A stretch of 64,000 nucleotides of DNA from an uncultured Christensenella sp. (lineage in GTDB: Bacteria > Bacillota > Clostridia > Christensenellales > UBA1242). Under the pieces are notes generated by a model. It was not told the DNA's origin, searched no databases, and saw nothing but the letters and a program-made list of their open reading frames with translations. A program made the position numbers and the translations under genes. Below are positions 16,236 to 27,890 of this stretch, in pieces. Numbering within the stretch: the stretch's first letter is position 1; the number at the start of each line of letters is the position of its first letter. The stretch is from NCBI GenBank assembly GCA_949300385.1, contig CASGDZ010000001.1:157461-221460 (forward strand). Reading direction: 5' to 3'.

Positions 16236-18613
16236 ACTTTCATAGTATTAATTCGATTATAGAATGCACTAGAATTTAATGGATTCTTTTTATCTGTTAT
16301 CGTTAAAATTTCGCTATCATCATCATTTGTTATTATAATCCCTAACTCTTTAAATACTTGAAGACAGATATAAAATTGTAAATAAGAGTATGATTCTTTA
16401 GTCTTGATTTTTCGTATGATATTAATAAATAAATGATAACAATAATATCCTTTTATTTTATTTTCATAAGCGAATTGCATTAACCTAAAATATCTACCAA
16501 AAGTCTGTCTTGAAAGGTCGATTTTCTTTAAAATTGGCATAGATGTTGAAGGTAAATGCGGTAAATAAATTGTCGATTTTGTATGTTTTTTAAGTTCACT
16601 TAAATATCCCATGTTGATAATAGGATCCAAAAATATTATACGACTAAATGTATTAAATGATTGAAAATTAGTCGGTGCTAACAAGATTGTGTTCAGTCCT
16701 GTTTCATCATTAATTTCAAAAATGCGATTTATGAAAATGTTGTTACTATCATAAATTGCTTTAAAATTGATGTAAGTATTGTAATCATTCGCGACAATCA
16801 GTGTTCCATAAACCGTCTTGTCCATATCTACAAGCAATCTGATTAGTTGGTCTCTATTATAATTATTAAATGAATATGTTCCATCTAGCGGATATATTAA
16901 TTGCTTTATATACTCGGCTTGTATAATCTCGTCATCTATTGGTCTGTATATGTCCTCATAATCTATTGACTTAACTATACCAGATATTTTCTTACTTTCT
17001 CTAAAAGTATCTACATTTAGATCAGCTAAAACATTACACGATGAATTGCCAGAAAGAATGAAATATTTATTGCTTGAATTAAAGGCAAGTAGGCTAAAAT
17101 TAGGATATGAAAGTACTAAATGTTGTTGATGTCTTGGAAGGCTTGTTATAGAGGCATTTTTTAATTTAAAATTAAATATTGGGCGTGCATTCATATGCCC
17201 ACAAGGCTCCATTTTATCTATATCTTCTACTAATTTTAAATTGATTTCACTTTCTTCGAGCGCAAAATCATAAACTTTTGTAGGTAAAAAATCTGCTTTG
17301 TCTAAATGCTCTTTAACATATGCATTTGTGCGCAAAATGAATTCGTCATATTTGTCAACTTTTAATGTTAATCCTGCCGCCATTGGGTGACCGCCAAATT
17401 TTGTTAATAAATTGCTCATACTACTGAGTAAAGTATGGACATTAACGCCGTTCACACTTCTGCAAGAACCGATTAATTCGTCTTTCACTTGGCCGAACAA
17501 AAAGGTTGGTCTATGGTATTCCTCCGCAATACGCGCGCATACAATACCCAAAATTCCGCTATCCCAATCGGGAGACGACATAATTATTGCATTAATTCTA
17601 AATATGTCTTGGTTAGTTAAAAACAATTTTACATCTTGATATACTTTGTCACACAACTGCTGTCTATTTGTATTATAATCTAAAATTTTAGCACATAATT
17701 TTTTTATTTCAGCAGGGTTCTCCTCCATATACAAGTTTAGGCTGGTTTCTGCTGAACCCATTCGCCCGCTGGCATTTAGTTTAGGTGCTAATTTAAATGC
17801 TATATCACTCGCTTTGCAATTGCTATTTAACCCACATTCTTGCATTAATTTTGTGACACCTATCGGCAATTTTTTTATTTCTTTTAATCCTAACTGGACT
17901 ATTGCTCTATTTTCATCTAATAATTCAACGATGTCCGCAATGGTCGCTATAGCGCATATAGGGAAATACTTACTAGCAACACTTATTCCTGCTAATGCTT
18001 GCACAAGTTTAAGTGCTACACCTGCTCCGCAAAGTGAATGGAACGGATAGGTATTACTAATCTTTGGATTTATTATAATAGCATTAGGGAGTTCTTCTGC
18101 ACGCTCATGATGATCGGTTATTATTATATCTATGCCGTTTGCTTTAATATACTCAGTCTCTTCCACCGATGTAATACCGCAATCTACAGTTATAATCAAA
18201 TTTGGTTTAGATTGCTCAAAAATTTTATCTAATGTAGATTTTGTAAGTCCATATCCATCTTCATACCTATTTGGCATATAGTTTGTTACATTTACACCTA
18301 CCGATCTAAAATATTTTATCAAAATTGCACTGGCTGATATACCATCTACATCATAATCTCCAAAAATTAAAATCTTAGAATTTTTAGCAATATGATTTTG
18401 GATCAATTCAACTGCATCTGACATATTTTCGAATAAAAATGGATCATATAAATCAGATAGGCTGGGATTTAAATATTTTTGCAATTTATCTTTTGTATCA
18501 ATGCCACGCGAATACAAAAGACGAACGAGATTAGCATCCATATTATAAAATTTGGACATCTCGCTAATAAAATCTTCATTAACATTTTCATCTATAGAAC
18601 ATATATATTTCAT
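16229..18613 (-). CDS. recJ: Single-stranded-DNA-specific exonuclease RecJ
   Basis: 794 aa. DHH family motifs GDYDVDGISAS, VDCG, ITDHHE and GGHPMAAG. Confidence 0.9.
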   Translation of the reverse strand: MKYICSIDENVNEDFISEMSKFYNMDANLVRLLYSRGIDTKDKLQKYLNPSLSDLYDPFLFENMSDAVELIQNHIAKNSKILIFGDYDVDGISASAILIKYFRSVGVNVTNYMPNRYEDGYGLTKSTLDKIFEQSKPNLIITVDCGITSVEETEYIKANGIDIIITDHHERAEELPNAIIINPKISNTYPFHSLCGAGVALKLVQALAGISVASKYFPICAIATIADIVELLDENRAIVQLGLKEIKKLPIGVTKLMQECGLNSNCKASDIAFKLAPKLNASGRMGSAETSLNLYMEENPAEIKKLCAKILDYNTNRQQLCDKVYQDVKLFLTNQDIFRINAIIMSSPDWDSGILGIVCARIAEEYHRPTFLFGQVKDELIGSCRSVNGVNVHTLLSSMSNLLTKFGGHPMAAGLTLKVDKYDEFILRTNAYVKEHLDKADFLPTKVYDFALEESEINLKLVEDIDKMEPCGHMNARPIFNFKLKNASITSLPRHQQHLVLSYPNFSLLAFNSSNKYFILSGNSSCNVLADLNVDTFRESKKISGIVKSIDYEDIYRPIDDEIIQAEYIKQLIYPLDGTYSFNNYNRDQLIRLLVDMDKTVYGTLIVANDYNTYINFKAIYDSNNIFINRIFEINDETGLNTILLAPTNFQSFNTFSRIIFLDPIINMGYLSELKKHTKSTIYLPHLPSTSMPILKKIDLSRQTFGRYFRLMQFAYENKIKGYYCYHLFINIIRKIKTKESYSYLQFYICLQVFKELGIIITNDDDSEILTITDKKNPLNSSAFYNRINTMKVS

Positions 18614-18628
18614 AATTTACAATTATAC

Positions 18629-18652
18629 TAAAAAGCCTTTCATAGAAAGGCT
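18629..18652 (-). terminator. Intrinsic terminator after secF
   Basis: Minus strand: AGCCTTTC-TAT-GAAAGGCT followed by TTTT. Confidence 0.65.
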
Positions 18653-18654
18653 GA

Positions 18655-19611
18655 TTATTTATTGGATTTTTCTTCTATCTCTTCACTCTCTACTTTAATA
18701 GAAAGTTTAGGTTTTTTACAATGAGTGATAAACACTGACCAAACAAATGGTACTATATACAATGCTGTAGCCAAAACAACAACTGCTATAAACATGATAT
18801 TCAAAGATACATATTTAATTGCACTAGGTGCAAATATCGCAAATAATAAACCTAAAATTAAAATTGCGATATTAATTGCGCATAGTTTAAATCTAGTATT
18901 AGATAATCCTGTTTCGAGTGCATTTGCATATTCTTTATTTTGAAGCCAATTAGTTGATCTAATCTCCTCGAAAATTACAAAATTCGCATATATAATTAAG
19001 ACATTTAAAGCTACAAGCATTGCAAAATAACTAGAACCAATCGTCAATCGAAGGATAGCGCCAATTGACATAAATAATAATGTTCCTAAGATTGCTGACA
19101 ATATTACAGACATTGCACTTGCACCATTATATCTGAAATATGCAAATATAGTAGCAATCATTATTAATAATAAAATTGTACATACTGTGTAAATATAATC
19201 AGTCGAAGTTATACTTGAAGAATGGTGAACATGCTCGCTTATATCAGTAGCGTCTAGACTCAACTTAGTAACAATAGCAGTATTAATTTCGCTTTGCTTA
19301 TCCTCTGTCAAAGCACTATTATATCTGATAACTATTCGTGTATTATCCCCTTCATCATATACTGATGCAGTGTCAAAATCTCCGCCATAATTATTAACAA
19401 TTTCCGCGACATTCTCAGCGATATCTGATCTATTAGCCTCGCTTCCTACTCTAATTGAAAATTCGTTGTAGCCTGCAAATTCAAAATTCTCTTTAAACCC
19501 AAATACTGAGCAAACTATAATGCCTACGACTAAAAATATTGCAAATATTATTAAAGCATATTTATTTTTATTGAAATAATCTTTATTGGACTTAGTAAAA
19601 TCTCTACGCAT
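18655..19611 (-). CDS. secF: Protein-export membrane protein SecF (divergent)
   Basis: 318 aa. N-terminal TM helix, periplasmic domain and a C-terminal 5-TM RND-like bundle. Overlaps the secD-like gene. The yajC...secDF-recJ synteny supports the call. Confidence 0.65.
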   Translation of the reverse strand: MRRDFTKSNKDYFNKNKYALIIFAIFLVVGIIVCSVFGFKENFEFAGYNEFSIRVGSEANRSDIAENVAEIVNNYGGDFDTASVYDEGDNTRIVIRYNSALTEDKQSEINTAIVTKLSLDATDISEHVHHSSSITSTDYIYTVCTILLLIMIATIFAYFRYNGASAMSVILSAILGTLLFMSIGAILRLTIGSSYFAMLVALNVLIIYANFVIFEEIRSTNWLQNKEYANALETGLSNTRFKLCAINIAILILGLLFAIFAPSAIKYVSLNIMFIAVVVLATALYIVPFVWSVFITHCKKPKLSIKVESEEIEEKSNK

Positions 19612-20941
19612 TTTTACCTCCTTTATGGAAGTTTAATTTTTTTCCATCAGTACTATTAAAAGGTAAATACATTTTTATAAATAAGCGCATAAGTACTAAT
19701 GAACAGAATACGCTCACGAAAGACATAACAAATATCGCCCAACCAAAAGATTGTACCGCCATAGAAGGCATGAATAAACATATTAAGCCGGTTATGGCAA
19801 ACAAGATATTTGTAACTAAAATCTTAGATAAACATTCCTTTTGAGATAACTTAAATGCTATGAAAAGTTTGTTGTCATTTTGATAATGTGATTTAGCCTT
19901 TTCTAAAATTGATACTAAACCTTCAACTGCAATTAAGAATGCTAACATTATTCCAATTATACCTGAAAAATTGATATGAACATATGGTATAGATTGCAAT
20001 AAGAATAGACTAATGACAACAAAGAATAGTAGAATGAAACTAGATATCCAACCCATATGTTTATATTTTATTATCAAGTACGCAAATACAGCGACAGCAA
20101 ATACTACCATTGCAATTGATATTAGAATATCGCTACCAACACCATAAGTTGGAGTTATTCTTCCACCATCTATTTGAGTTAAACTGAGTGGCAAAAGACC
20201 AGTTCTAATTCTATTTGCATAAGTATTGGCGTCTTCTAATGTAGGAGTATAGTTATCACTCGAACCTAAATTGATTGCGAAAAATCCATTAGTTATTGCG
20301 TTCTCTATTGTGATACCATTACCAAACGCTAATGTATCACCTAAGAAAATGTAAAGTGTACCACCACCCTCAGTCGCATCAGCTATCTTTTGAGCGTCTT
20401 TAAACTCTATGCCTACATAATAATAATTTTCGCCTGTATTAGCATTATATTGGCTACCTGAAGTGACATTTTTTACATCGCTCGCACCAGCAAAAGCCTC
20501 TTCTACATCATTTGACATAGAGAAACTTATTGCAGCAGGGTCTCCAATTAAATTTTTAATACTATTTTCATCATCAATCGAAAGAATATTTCCTATAGTC
20601 ACTGCTATATAATTTTCTTCACCTTCAGAATACTCGGTTACAGCCACATCTTTATATCCTTCAGATTTCACAATGTCTGCTAATTTTTCTTTCGTAGAGC
20701 ACTTTAACTCATCGTAGTTATAATCAGAAATATTATCATCTGGCAACTCTGCGCGATAAACTATCCTATACGAATCTGAAATATCTTCACCAAGTTTAAT
20801 ATTACTAACAAAACTAGAATATGAATAATATTTCCCATTGATTGAAAAAGGATAAGTAAAATTTACAAATGTTGCAACAAGCAATATAACTAAAATAATA
20901 GTAAATAGCGCAAATAAAAATCTAGAACGCTTTTTAGTCAT
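19604..20941 (-). CDS. secD: Protein-export membrane protein SecD (divergent)
   Basis: About 445 aa from the ATG at 20939-20941 (MTKKRSRF), which is preceded by AGGAGAG. Same TM/periplasmic/6-TM layout. The track start at 20959 is a TTG inside the 5' UTR. Confidence 0.65.
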   Translation of the reverse strand: MTKKRSRFLFALFTIILVILLVATFVNFTYPFSINGKYYSYSSFVSNIKLGEDISDSYRIVYRAELPDDNISDYNYDELKCSTKEKLADIVKSEGYKDVAVTEYSEGEENYIAVTIGNILSIDDENSIKNLIGDPAAISFSMSNDVEEAFAGASDVKNVTSGSQYNANTGENYYYVGIEFKDAQKIADATEGGGTLYIFLGDTLAFGNGITIENAITNGFFAINLGSSDNYTPTLEDANTYANRIRTGLLPLSLTQIDGGRITPTYGVGSDILISIAMVVFAVAVFAYLIIKYKHMGWISSFILLFFVVISLFLLQSIPYVHINFSGIIGIMLAFLIAVEGLVSILEKAKSHYQNDNKLFIAFKLSQKECLSKILVTNILFAITGLICLFMPSMAVQSFGWAIFVMSFVSVFCSLVLMRLFIKMYLPFNSTDGKKLNFHKGGKNA

Positions 20942-20964
20942 AATCTCTCCTAAATTCAAGATTA

Positions 20965-20993
20965 ATTATACATTAACTTTAGTTTTATGTCAA
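20965..20993 (-). promoter_or_regulatory. Consensus sigma-A promoter of secDF
   Basis: Minus strand: TTGACA (20988-20993), 17 nt, TATAAT (20965-20970). Confidence 0.6.
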
Positions 20994-21049
20994 ATAAAAC
21001 AGCGGTTAACTAAAAATCTTTATAGGAATTATCGACCAAAATTTATAAA

Positions 21050-21448
21050 TTAGACATTTTTGCGCCCAATAATATTGAAAATAACTGCAACAATCATAGC
21101 TGAAATAAGTGAAAATAATAAATCGTATACGATTGACATATTAAAACTAAATCCACCATTTAGAATTGAAAAAATGACAAAACTAAGCACTGAATATAAA
21201 AGTCCGCCTATTATAGATTTTATTAATAAATTGCCGTCCGTCCATTTTTTAATAAATAACACCATAACGAAAATTGATATTGCTTTTATAATATCATTAA
21301 TATAGTCTATAACCCCACTTGAAAGATCGGTAAATTTTAGTATTATCGCAAATATTACTATACCTATCAGTGTACTGACTATTGCTAATAAACATGCTTT
21401 TAATACTCCCATAACATTAGATGTATTTATAGATTTTAATTTTTGCAT
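21050..21448 (-). CDS. Small four-TM membrane protein (possibly YrzE/TIGR04086-like)
   Basis: 132 aa and hydrophobic. AGGAGG SD. Sits between yajC and secDF, where Bacillus carries yrzE. Confidence 0.4.
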   Translation of the reverse strand: MQKLKSINTSNVMGVLKACLLAIVSTLIGIVIFAIILKFTDLSSGVIDYINDIIKAISIFVMVLFIKKWTDGNLLIKSIIGGLLYSVLSFVIFSILNGGFSFNMSIVYDLLFSLISAMIVAVIFNIIGRKNV

Positions 21449-21655
21449 ACTGCCTCCTTAATTTAATTTATTTTTAAACTAGAAAAAATTAATATTAAAT
21501 AAATAAAAAAATAGACTATTTTAGCCTATTTTTATAATTATTTGTCGAAGATAAAATTATTTTTTAGACTTTGCTTTATTTGTAGAAGTTTTAGCCTTTT
21601 TGTTATTAGATTTTGTGTCTTTTTTATCAACTTTTGTTTCATTCGAAGTAGATCC

Positions 21656-22063
21656 CTAGTTATTTACTACTTTGCTCTCTACATCAGTCTTGTCTTCTTT
21701 TTTCTCAACCTTTGCAGTTGATTCTTTTTGATCTTCCTTTGATGCGACTTTTACAATAGTCTTTTTCTCAGTCAACGAATCTTCTTTATTATATACATAA
21801 TAAATTGCATTTGCATGAACAGTGAAATAACCAACATTTTGACCGCGTCCAGTTTTCAATACAAAATACTTGTATTCGTCTTCCATGTAAGAATCAACAA
21901 CTTCACCCACTACTCCAGTGTCAGTCATGACTTTATCTCCAACTTTTAAGTCATTGCGCATTTGACCCAATTCATTATTAAATTTCTTTTTCTTCATGTA
22001 ACTCATAATAAATAGTGCTATTACAAGTACTAACAATATGATAACAATTATAATTTCTCCCAT
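21656..22063 (-). CDS. yajC: Preprotein translocase subunit YajC with a Lys/Glu-rich C-terminal tail
   Basis: 135 aa. N-terminal TM helix and a LKVGDKVMTDTGVVGEVV core. Ends at a TAG. Confidence 0.8.
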   Translation of the reverse strand: MGEIIIVIILLVLVIALFIMSYMKKKKFNNELGQMRNDLKVGDKVMTDTGVVGEVVDSYMEDEYKYFVLKTGRGQNVGYFTVHANAIYYVYNKEDSLTEKKTIVKVASKEDQKESTAKVEKKEDKTDVESKVVNN

Positions 22064-22088
22064 AAAATTCCCCTTTTAATATGACATT

Positions 22089-22117
22089 ATAGTACCAAAT
22101 CAAAGACTTAAAGTCAA
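22089..22117 (-). promoter_or_regulatory. Sigma-A promoter of yajC
   Basis: Minus strand: TTGACT (22112-22117), 17 nt, TGgTACTAT (-10 at 22089-22094). Confidence 0.5.
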
Positions 22118-22162
22118 ATTAATTACTATATGTTAACATAAATAAAATGAAATAATTTATAA

Positions 22163-22214
22163 TATTTTGTAATATTTAAATATATTTTGTAATATTTAAA
22201 TATATTTTGCAATT
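22163..22214. repeat. 20-bp tandem direct repeat, about 2.6 copies
   Basis: TATTTTGTAATATTTAAATA at 22163-22182 and 22183-22202, then a partial copy TATTTTGCAATT. Confidence 0.8.
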
Positions 22215-22243
22215 AATTTATAATAAACTCACAATAGTGAAAA

Positions 22244-23380
<1,137 letters not shown>

Positions 23381-23389
23381 TTATTTATA

Positions 23390-24430
23390 TTACATAATAA
23401 ACATACTATCACCAAAACTGAAAAATCTATATTGATTTTCTACCGCAGTTTCGTATAGTTGCATAGTGTTGTCATAACCAGCAAAAGCACAAACTAACAT
23501 TATAAGAGTGCTTTTTGGCAAATGAAAGTTTGTAATCAACGCGTCAACGACTTTGAACTTATAAGGCGGATAAATAAAAATATTTGTGTCCGCATCCATT
23601 GCTTTTAGTGGCATACCTTCTTGTGCTACGCTTTCAAGCGTTCTTACACTCGTAGTACCTACCGCTATGACGCGCCTATTTTCTCTCTTTGCTAAATTAA
23701 TTCGGTCAGCAACTTCTTGAGAAATAGAAAAATGCTCAGTATGCATATCATGATTTCTAATATCTTTTTCTTTACATGGGCGGAATGTACCTAACCCAAC
23801 ATCAAGGGTAAGTTCAACTATCTCTACCCCCATATTTCGTATTTTTTGTAAAAGTTCTTGTGTAAAGTGCAATCCAGCAGTAGGTGCTGCTGCACTACCT
23901 TCTACCTTGTTGTATACCGTTTGATAACGCTCTTTATCTTTTAATTTTTCATGTATATAATGCGGTAGTGGCATTGTGCCTACACGATTTAAAATATCTT
24001 CAAAAACACCATCAAAAATAAATCTAACTATTCTATTCCCATCTGGCAGAATTTCAAGTAATTCACACTTTAACTCTTCATTAATTGTCAATATAGTACC
24101 TATTTTGACGCGCTTTGCAGGTTTTAAAAGTACTTCCCAATCTGTCATATTTTTACGCTTTAAGAGTAAAATTTCGACAACAGCACCTGTATCTTTATGT
24201 GCTGTTAATCGTGCAGGTAAAACTCGCGTATTATTTACTACTAAGACATCGCCTGCTTTTAAAAATTCGGTTATGTCTTTAAAATGTCTATGATATGTTT
24301 CTTTTGTTTTCCTATCAAAGACTAATAATCTACTTTCGTCCCTTTTTTCAATAGGAGTCTGTGCAATTAATTCTTGTGGTAAATAATAGTCATATGTATC
24401 AAGTTGATTATAATTAATCGTTTTGCTCAT
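23390..24430 (-). CDS. queA: S-adenosylmethionine:tRNA ribosyltransferase-isomerase
   Basis: 346 aa. [24 protein letters not shown] and [10 protein letters not shown]. Confidence 0.92.
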   Translation of the reverse strand: MSKTINYNQLDTYDYYLPQELIAQTPIEKRDESRLLVFDRKTKETYHRHFKDITEFLKAGDVLVVNNTRVLPARLTAHKDTGAVVEILLLKRKNMTDWEVLLKPAKRVKIGTILTINEELKCELLEILPDGNRIVRFIFDGVFEDILNRVGTMPLPHYIHEKLKDKERYQTVYNKVEGSAAAPTAGLHFTQELLQKIRNMGVEIVELTLDVGLGTFRPCKEKDIRNHDMHTEHFSISQEVADRINLAKRENRRVIAVGTTSVRTLESVAQEGMPLKAMDADTNIFIYPPYKFKVVDALITNFHLPKSTLIMLVCAFAGYDNTMQLYETAVENQYRFFSFGDSMFIM

Positions 24431-25469
24431 CTATTTCCCCTTGTTCATCATCTTCATTTAAAAGGTGCTTAGGTACTGGCAAATTAAAATGCTGATACGC
24501 AAGTTTAGTAACCATTCTGCCTCGATTTGTTCGAATGACAAAACCGAGTTGTAATAAATATGGTTCAACTATATCTTCAATAGTTGTAACTTCTTCATTA
24601 GTAGTCGCAGATAGAGTCTCCAACCCCACTGGTCCGCCACCAAATTTCTCTATCATAGCCATAATAATTCGCTTGTCTACATAGTCAAGACCTAAATCAT
24701 CTATATCCATAAGAGTTAAAGCCTTTTTTGCGTCCTCAACTGATATGATATTTTTATCTTCAACTTGTACAAAATCGCGCACTCGTTTCAATATCCTATT
24801 TGCTATACGCGGTGTACCACGACTGCGTTTTGCAATTTCAACAGTCGCATCTGGCTCAATCTCAACCCCTAAAATTTTTGCTGAGCGCGTAAGTATTCTC
24901 GCAATTTCGTCAACAGAATATAATTCAAGTCTACATGATATTCCAAATCTATCGCGGAGCGGACTAGACAAATTCCCTGCTTTCGTCGTTGCACCTATTA
25001 AAGTAAAAGGTTGAATTTTAAGTCGCATGCTTCTAGCACTCGGACCTTTACCTACAATAAAATCTAGCGCGTAATCTTCCATAGCGGGATATAAAATTTC
25101 TTCAACTGATTTTGATATACGATGTATTTCATCAATGAATAAAACATCATTTGCATTCAAATTAGTTAATATTGCAGCCAAATCTGCAGCGTTTTCTATG
25201 CTTGGTCCACTAGTGATTTTAATTTGCGAACCAATCTCGTTTGCAATAATGTGGCTAAGCGTCGTTTTACCTAACCCCGGTGGCCCATATAACAAAACAT
25301 GGTCAAGCGATTCTTTCCTTTTCTTTGCCGCTGAAATATAAATTTTTAGATTTGATTTTATCTTTTCTTGACCTATATATTCATCAAAAGAAAGCGGGCG
25401 GAGTTTATTCTCCACCTCTACATCACTCATATTTTTAGTGCTAGATATAAATCTATCTCTTTCTTCCAT
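24414..25469 (-). CDS. ruvB: Holliday junction branch migration helicase RuvB
   Basis: 351 aa. [12 protein letters not shown], Walker [10 protein letters not shown], and FIDEIHR. Confidence 0.95.
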   Translation of the reverse strand: MEERDRFISSTKNMSDVEVENKLRPLSFDEYIGQEKIKSNLKIYISAAKKRKESLDHVLLYGPPGLGKTTLSHIIANEIGSQIKITSGPSIENAADLAAILTNLNANDVLFIDEIHRISKSVEEILYPAMEDYALDFIVGKGPSARSMRLKIQPFTLIGATTKAGNLSSPLRDRFGISCRLELYSVDEIARILTRSAKILGVEIEPDATVEIAKRSRGTPRIANRILKRVRDFVQVEDKNIISVEDAKKALTLMDIDDLGLDYVDKRIIMAMIEKFGGGPVGLETLSATTNEEVTTIEDIVEPYLLQLGFVIRTNRGRMVTKLAYQHFNLPVPKHLLNEDDEQGEIDEQND

Positions 25470-25477
25470 AAACGCTC

Positions 25478-26074
25478 CTATACATTGCCCATATCATGCA
25501 ATACTTTTGCCACAATTGTTTCAGCGCTATCCGTACTCGACATAACTTCGCGTGCTCGCTTCGTTGCGTCATTTTTAGTAAGTCCTAAACTTGTTAAAAC
25601 GACAACTGCGTCTTCCAAATTTTCATTTGTGCCTATATTTATAGGCTCATTAGGTATAATGTAATCAAATGGCTTAATCTTATCTTTAAGTTCAAGTATA
25701 ATGCGTTCCGCAATCTTTTTCCCTATTCCTTTACAGCCAGCAATAACGGAAGTGTCTTCATTTATGATACTATTAACTATTGCGCCCATACGCTCAGCAG
25801 ACAAAATCTGAATTGCCGTTTTACTACCCACACCGCTAACTGTAATTAATTGCATAAACAATCTCTTCTCTTCTGGGCTAACAAAACCATACAAAGTCAT
25901 CTCGTCTTCGCGAACATGCATATATGTATAAATTTTAACCTCTTCGTCAATATTCGGCATATTTGCCATACAACTATTTGTAACAAAAATTTGAAAACCT
26001 ATACCACCCGTTTCAACTACAATATTATCAAAATCTTTTTCTCTTAAAATTCCTTTTATAAAACCTATCATCAT
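25478..26074 (-). CDS. ruvA: Holliday junction DNA helicase RuvA
   Basis: 198 aa. [10 protein letters not shown]-terminus and HhH motifs ([19 protein letters not shown]). Confidence 0.9.
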   Translation of the reverse strand: MMIGFIKGILREKDFDNIVVETGGIGFQIFVTNSCMANMPNIDEEVKIYTYMHVREDEMTLYGFVSPEEKRLFMQLITVSGVGSKTAIQILSAERMGAIVNSIINEDTSVIAGCKGIGKKIAERIILELKDKIKPFDYIIPNEPINIGTNENLEDAVVVLTSLGLTKNDATKRAREVMSSTDSAETIVAKVLHDMGNV

Positions 26075-26078
26075 TCAC

Positions 26079-26564
26079 CTATATTGAATTGTCCGACATT
26101 ATGCTATTAGTTTGCATATGGCATATAGCGACAGCAAGCGCGTCTGCCGCATCGTCTGGTTTTGGTACGCTCGAAAGCCCTAAAATATTTTTCACCATAA
26201 ATTGTACTTGTTTTTTCTCTGCACGGCCATTGCCTGTCAATGCTTGTTTTATTTGTAAAGGAGTGTATTCATACAATTTGTCAATATATTGTTTGCATGC
26301 AACAATCAACACTCCACGCGCTTCAGCAACTGGTATTGCAGTCGTATTGTTTGTATTAAAGAATAATTCTTCAAATGCAACTTGTTCGGGTTTGAAAGCC
26401 TCGATTAACTCACATGTAGCGCAATATATGGTATGCAGTCGCGAACTGATTGACATGGACTTAGGTGTTGTTATAACACCATAGTCGATCACTTTGCATC
26501 CATTTGTGTCAATAACACCATAACCGATAATGTTATATCCTGGGTCAATTCCTAAAATCTTCAT
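26079..26564 (-). CDS. ruvC: Crossover junction endodeoxyribonuclease RuvC
   Basis: 161 aa. MKILGIDPG N-terminus and DAADALAVAICH C-terminal catalytic block. Confidence 0.9.
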   Translation of the reverse strand: MKILGIDPGYNIIGYGVIDTNGCKVIDYGVITTPKSMSISSRLHTIYCATCELIEAFKPEQVAFEELFFNTNNTTAIPVAEARGVLIVACKQYIDKLYEYTPLQIKQALTGNGRAEKKQVQFMVKNILGLSSVPKPDDAADALAVAICHMQTNSIMSDNSI

Positions 26565-26571
26565 ACTGCGC

Positions 26572-27165
26572 CTATGCTATACTTTTTAACCTTTCCACAA
26601 GCGAACTTGTGATTGAGTACAATTCGTCAAACTTAGTGCTATCTTCGTCCACTTTATTTCTTTTAACATTATAATCACTAATTAAACTTTCAATTCGGTC
26701 TAATATTGCCTTAATGCTATGTACTTGGCGCTTATATAATTTTAAAAGTGCGCTCGGGGTCTCTTCATTAACTTGTGCTTTAAATTCTTTTCTTAAATCT
26801 AAAAATGATTGCTTATACTCAGTCTTTAATGATCCGCACTCTTTAAGCGCAACTTTGTAATTGTCACAAGTTGAGTTAAAATCTTTATTCAAACTAACAA
26901 TCTCATTATTAATTTTATTGATTTGTGATTTTTTACGATTAACGACACTCTCTCGCTCACTTTTGTTTACCTTTGATATATCCTGTGTGAGTGTGGAGAG
27001 ATTGTTTTTACAATCAATTAATGTTTGAAAGTATGAAGTTAGATTAGCGCGATAAATTTCAGCATTAATTAAAGAAGCATTATAAAGCGAAAAAAGCGCA
27101 GACAATTTGCTTCGATTGTCATTTAACTCGTTTATAATTTCGTTTAATCGTTCAACATTATTCAT
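26572..27165 (-). CDS. Uncharacterised all-alpha / coiled-coil protein
   Basis: 197 aa with heptad-like N/K/E/L-rich sequence and no TM helix or signal peptide. Its start overlaps the yebC stop by 8 nt and its stop lies 7 nt before ruvC. Confidence 0.5.
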   Translation of the reverse strand: MNNVERLNEIINELNDNRSKLSALFSLYNASLINAEIYRANLTSYFQTLIDCKNNLSTLTQDISKVNKSERESVVNRKKSQINKINNEIVSLNKDFNSTCDNYKVALKECGSLKTEYKQSFLDLRKEFKAQVNEETPSALLKLYKRQVHSIKAILDRIESLISDYNVKRNKVDEDSTKFDELYSITSSLVERLKSIA

Positions 27166-27889
27166 CGCTTTCCTCTAGGTTGTGTATTACATCAATAACA
27201 TCATCACTCTCATTCAATTTATCTACCATTTTGTTGAATGTTTCAACCTGTGATGGATTCAATTTCACATAATTTTGCGGAACCATTTCAACACCAGACG
27301 AAAGGATTGTATAGCCTGCATTTTCAAACGCACTAACAACTTCATTCACACTATTTGCACTTGCGTCTGTATAGATAGTGAATACTTCGTCATCGTCACA
27401 ATCTATTGCATTTAGATTAATTGCCAACTCCATAGCACTATCTGAATCAAATTTATCATTTTTTTCTACTACCACAATACCTTTGGTATCAAACATATAT
27501 GATACACAACCGCTTGAGCCAAGGCTACCGCCAAATTTATCAAATGCATAACGAACATCACTACTTGTGCGGTTTTTATTATCGGTAAAACATTTTACAA
27601 CTACTGCGACACCGCCAACACCATATCCTTCATATGTCTGTTCAACAAAATTGCTATTATCTACTTCACTATTTTTCTTAATGATATTATTGATTCTATC
27701 ATTTGGCATATTGTATTGACGCGCTTTTGCTATTGCCATTTTAAGTTTACTATTAGAATCAATATTTGGTCCACCCTCTTTTACAGCGACCATGATTTCG
27801 CGACCTATTTTCGTGAAAATTTTACTACGCTCTGCGTCTGATTTCTCTTTTCTTCCTTTAATATTATTCCATTTACTATGTCCTGACAT
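27158..27889 (-). CDS. yebC: YebC/PmpR family DNA-binding regulator
   Basis: MSGHSKWNNIKGRK N-terminus from the ATG at 27887-27889, with a GAGGT SD. The track start at 27901 is upstream. Confidence 0.9.
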   Translation of the reverse strand: MSGHSKWNNIKGRKEKSDAERSKIFTKIGREIMVAVKEGGPNIDSNSKLKMAIAKARQYNMPNDRINNIIKKNSEVDNSNFVEQTYEGYGVGGVAVVVKCFTDNKNRTSSDVRYAFDKFGGSLGSSGCVSYMFDTKGIVVVEKNDKFDSDSAMELAINLNAIDCDDDEVFTIYTDASANSVNEVVSAFENAGYTILSSGVEMVPQNYVKLNPSQVETFNKMVDKLNESDDVIDVIHNLEESDE

Positions 27890-27890
27890 T

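Noticed and set aside
21656-21658. Pyrrolysine or programmed TAG read-through in yajC
   Set aside because: TAG is used as a normal stop elsewhere in the window, no pyl genes are visible and there is no PYLIS-like structure. I kept this only as a low-interest nonsense-mutation or read-through note.
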